64,000 nt of DNA, from NCBI RefSeq assembly GCF_001194135.2, contig NC_068981.1:100540346-100604345 (forward strand), written 5' to 3'. Position 1 is the first letter of the stretch, and the number at the start of each line of letters is the position of its first letter. The notes under the pieces were generated by a model. The model had not been told where the DNA came from. It ran no database searches and saw nothing but the letters and a program-made list of their open reading frames with translations. This document shows positions 62,791-64,000 of this stretch, in pieces. A program made the translations under genes and the position numbers. This DNA comes from Octopus bimaculoides. Taxonomy: Eukaryota.

Positions 62791-64000
62791 CACTACAAAT
62801 TCCTCTGCAAATTAAGATATATAAATCTCGCTTTATGAGATGCTCTCATATGTTAAATTCAAATTACGACAAACGTAAATAAACAAACGAAGTTTGCTTT
62901 TAGAAGCGTTGAGATGTCTTTTAGAAAGTTAAAGAAGTGATTTTAATATATATATATATAGTTGGAAGTCAAGAAGAGTTCAGATTTTGAAAAGTTCATA
63001 ATAGTTCAGGTGCAGATAGGTACTTTCCAGGATATGAAATCCATAGTGTTGCTGAGATATAGTTTGGTGTGTAAATCAGTGGTGTCAGAGGTGAAAACCT
63101 TGGAATTGATAGAAAAGTCATGTGCAGCTAGTCGTTTAAGGCTGTTTCTAGAATAGTTGTGCAGTTGGTTTAGATCTTTGCATGTTGTCCACACTAAGTT
63201 CAGGAAGTATATGGTGTAAAGTATGTGTGGCTACATGGTAATGGGACATAGGACATAGACTCATTTCTCTCTCACCTCTGTAGAACAGAAGCTAGAGTGA
63301 AATGAGTTGAGAACAATTTTTTGGATATGTTGCATTGACTTGCATGAAAGGAATGGTAATATATTGTGTGACAGACGTTGCAAACCCATACCTTAGAATG
63401 ACAAACAGATGTTAAAACAAAGACAATAAGGGTTTCTTACAAAACAATAACGAAATCAAAATTGGGTTGCAGTTTGCTCACTATTTAGGTTGCATTTTTA
63501 ATAAATTGCCTACAAATATCCATTTCAAAAACGAAAAAAAAGAAATTTGAAATTTAAATAAAATGATTCTTCACATGAAAAAAAAAAGATAAGTAAATTT
63601 TCATCTTAAAATTAAAACAAAGTAGTTTCTTGTTAATCGTTTGTTTATATTGTCTTTTCAGTTAATTATCATTATGATACTGACTCCAATGATAATATGC
63701 TTTGCACTTAATATTTTTATTTCATTGTTTCATTTTTTTCAACGTGTACATAATATTTAACTTCCTTGTTAAAACTAAATTCCAGTATATTTTCTCCATT
63801 AATCATTGCCATAAGGTATCATGCAATTTTACAGCATGTAGATCAGTGGTTCTCAACCAGGGTCCATACAAGATTTTGTTGTTAAAATTAATATGCAATG
63901 TGGTGAGAAGAGGTGAGAAAAGGTTTACAAACTTTGAGATTCACAGAGGGGATGACAGGGAACTGACACTCCTGGCAGTTTGCTGTGCTTGAAAAGACAC

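Noticed and set aside
62960-63230. Possible next exon of the hydrolase gene
   Set aside because: No GNHGEDVKE-like motif in any + frame that I could find up to 64000; the segment looks more like a decayed minus-strand retroelement fragment, too weak to call.

Overview
Eukaryotic, AT-rich, repeat-dense genomic DNA with 13 N-gaps. It is most likely an octopus: the tRNA-derived SINE families, RTE-type LINE tails ending in (GAT)n and microsatellite load look like those of Octopus (inference, no database check). Two spliced protein-coding genes can be read on the + strand. (1) A complete TTC29-like tetratricopeptide-repeat gene: 8 coding exons, 6781-32022, 1380 nt, 459 aa, with all GT-AG junctions in phase. 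(2) The first two coding exons (57350-57432, 60908-61076) of a glycoside-hydrolase-like gene of the yeast YMR196W / GH63-related family, which continues beyond the window. The rest is largely transposon-derived: two mariner relics, a Tc1, a DD37D maT element, a Chapaev3-like relic, a hAT-like element, several MITEs and fold-back elements, a 5'-truncated RTE LINE with a PHD-like zinc finger inside its RT region, many RTE 3' tails and three SINE families. There are three degenerate tRNA-like genes; one is an elongator tRNA-Met with an apparent canonical-position intron. No CRISPR, rRNA or prokaryotic system is supported. The best leads are the intron-bearing YMR196W-like hydrolase in an animal, the intron-containing tRNA-Met relic and the PHD-in-RT LINE. 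All alignments and counts were done by hand; boundaries of degenerate repeats are approximate.
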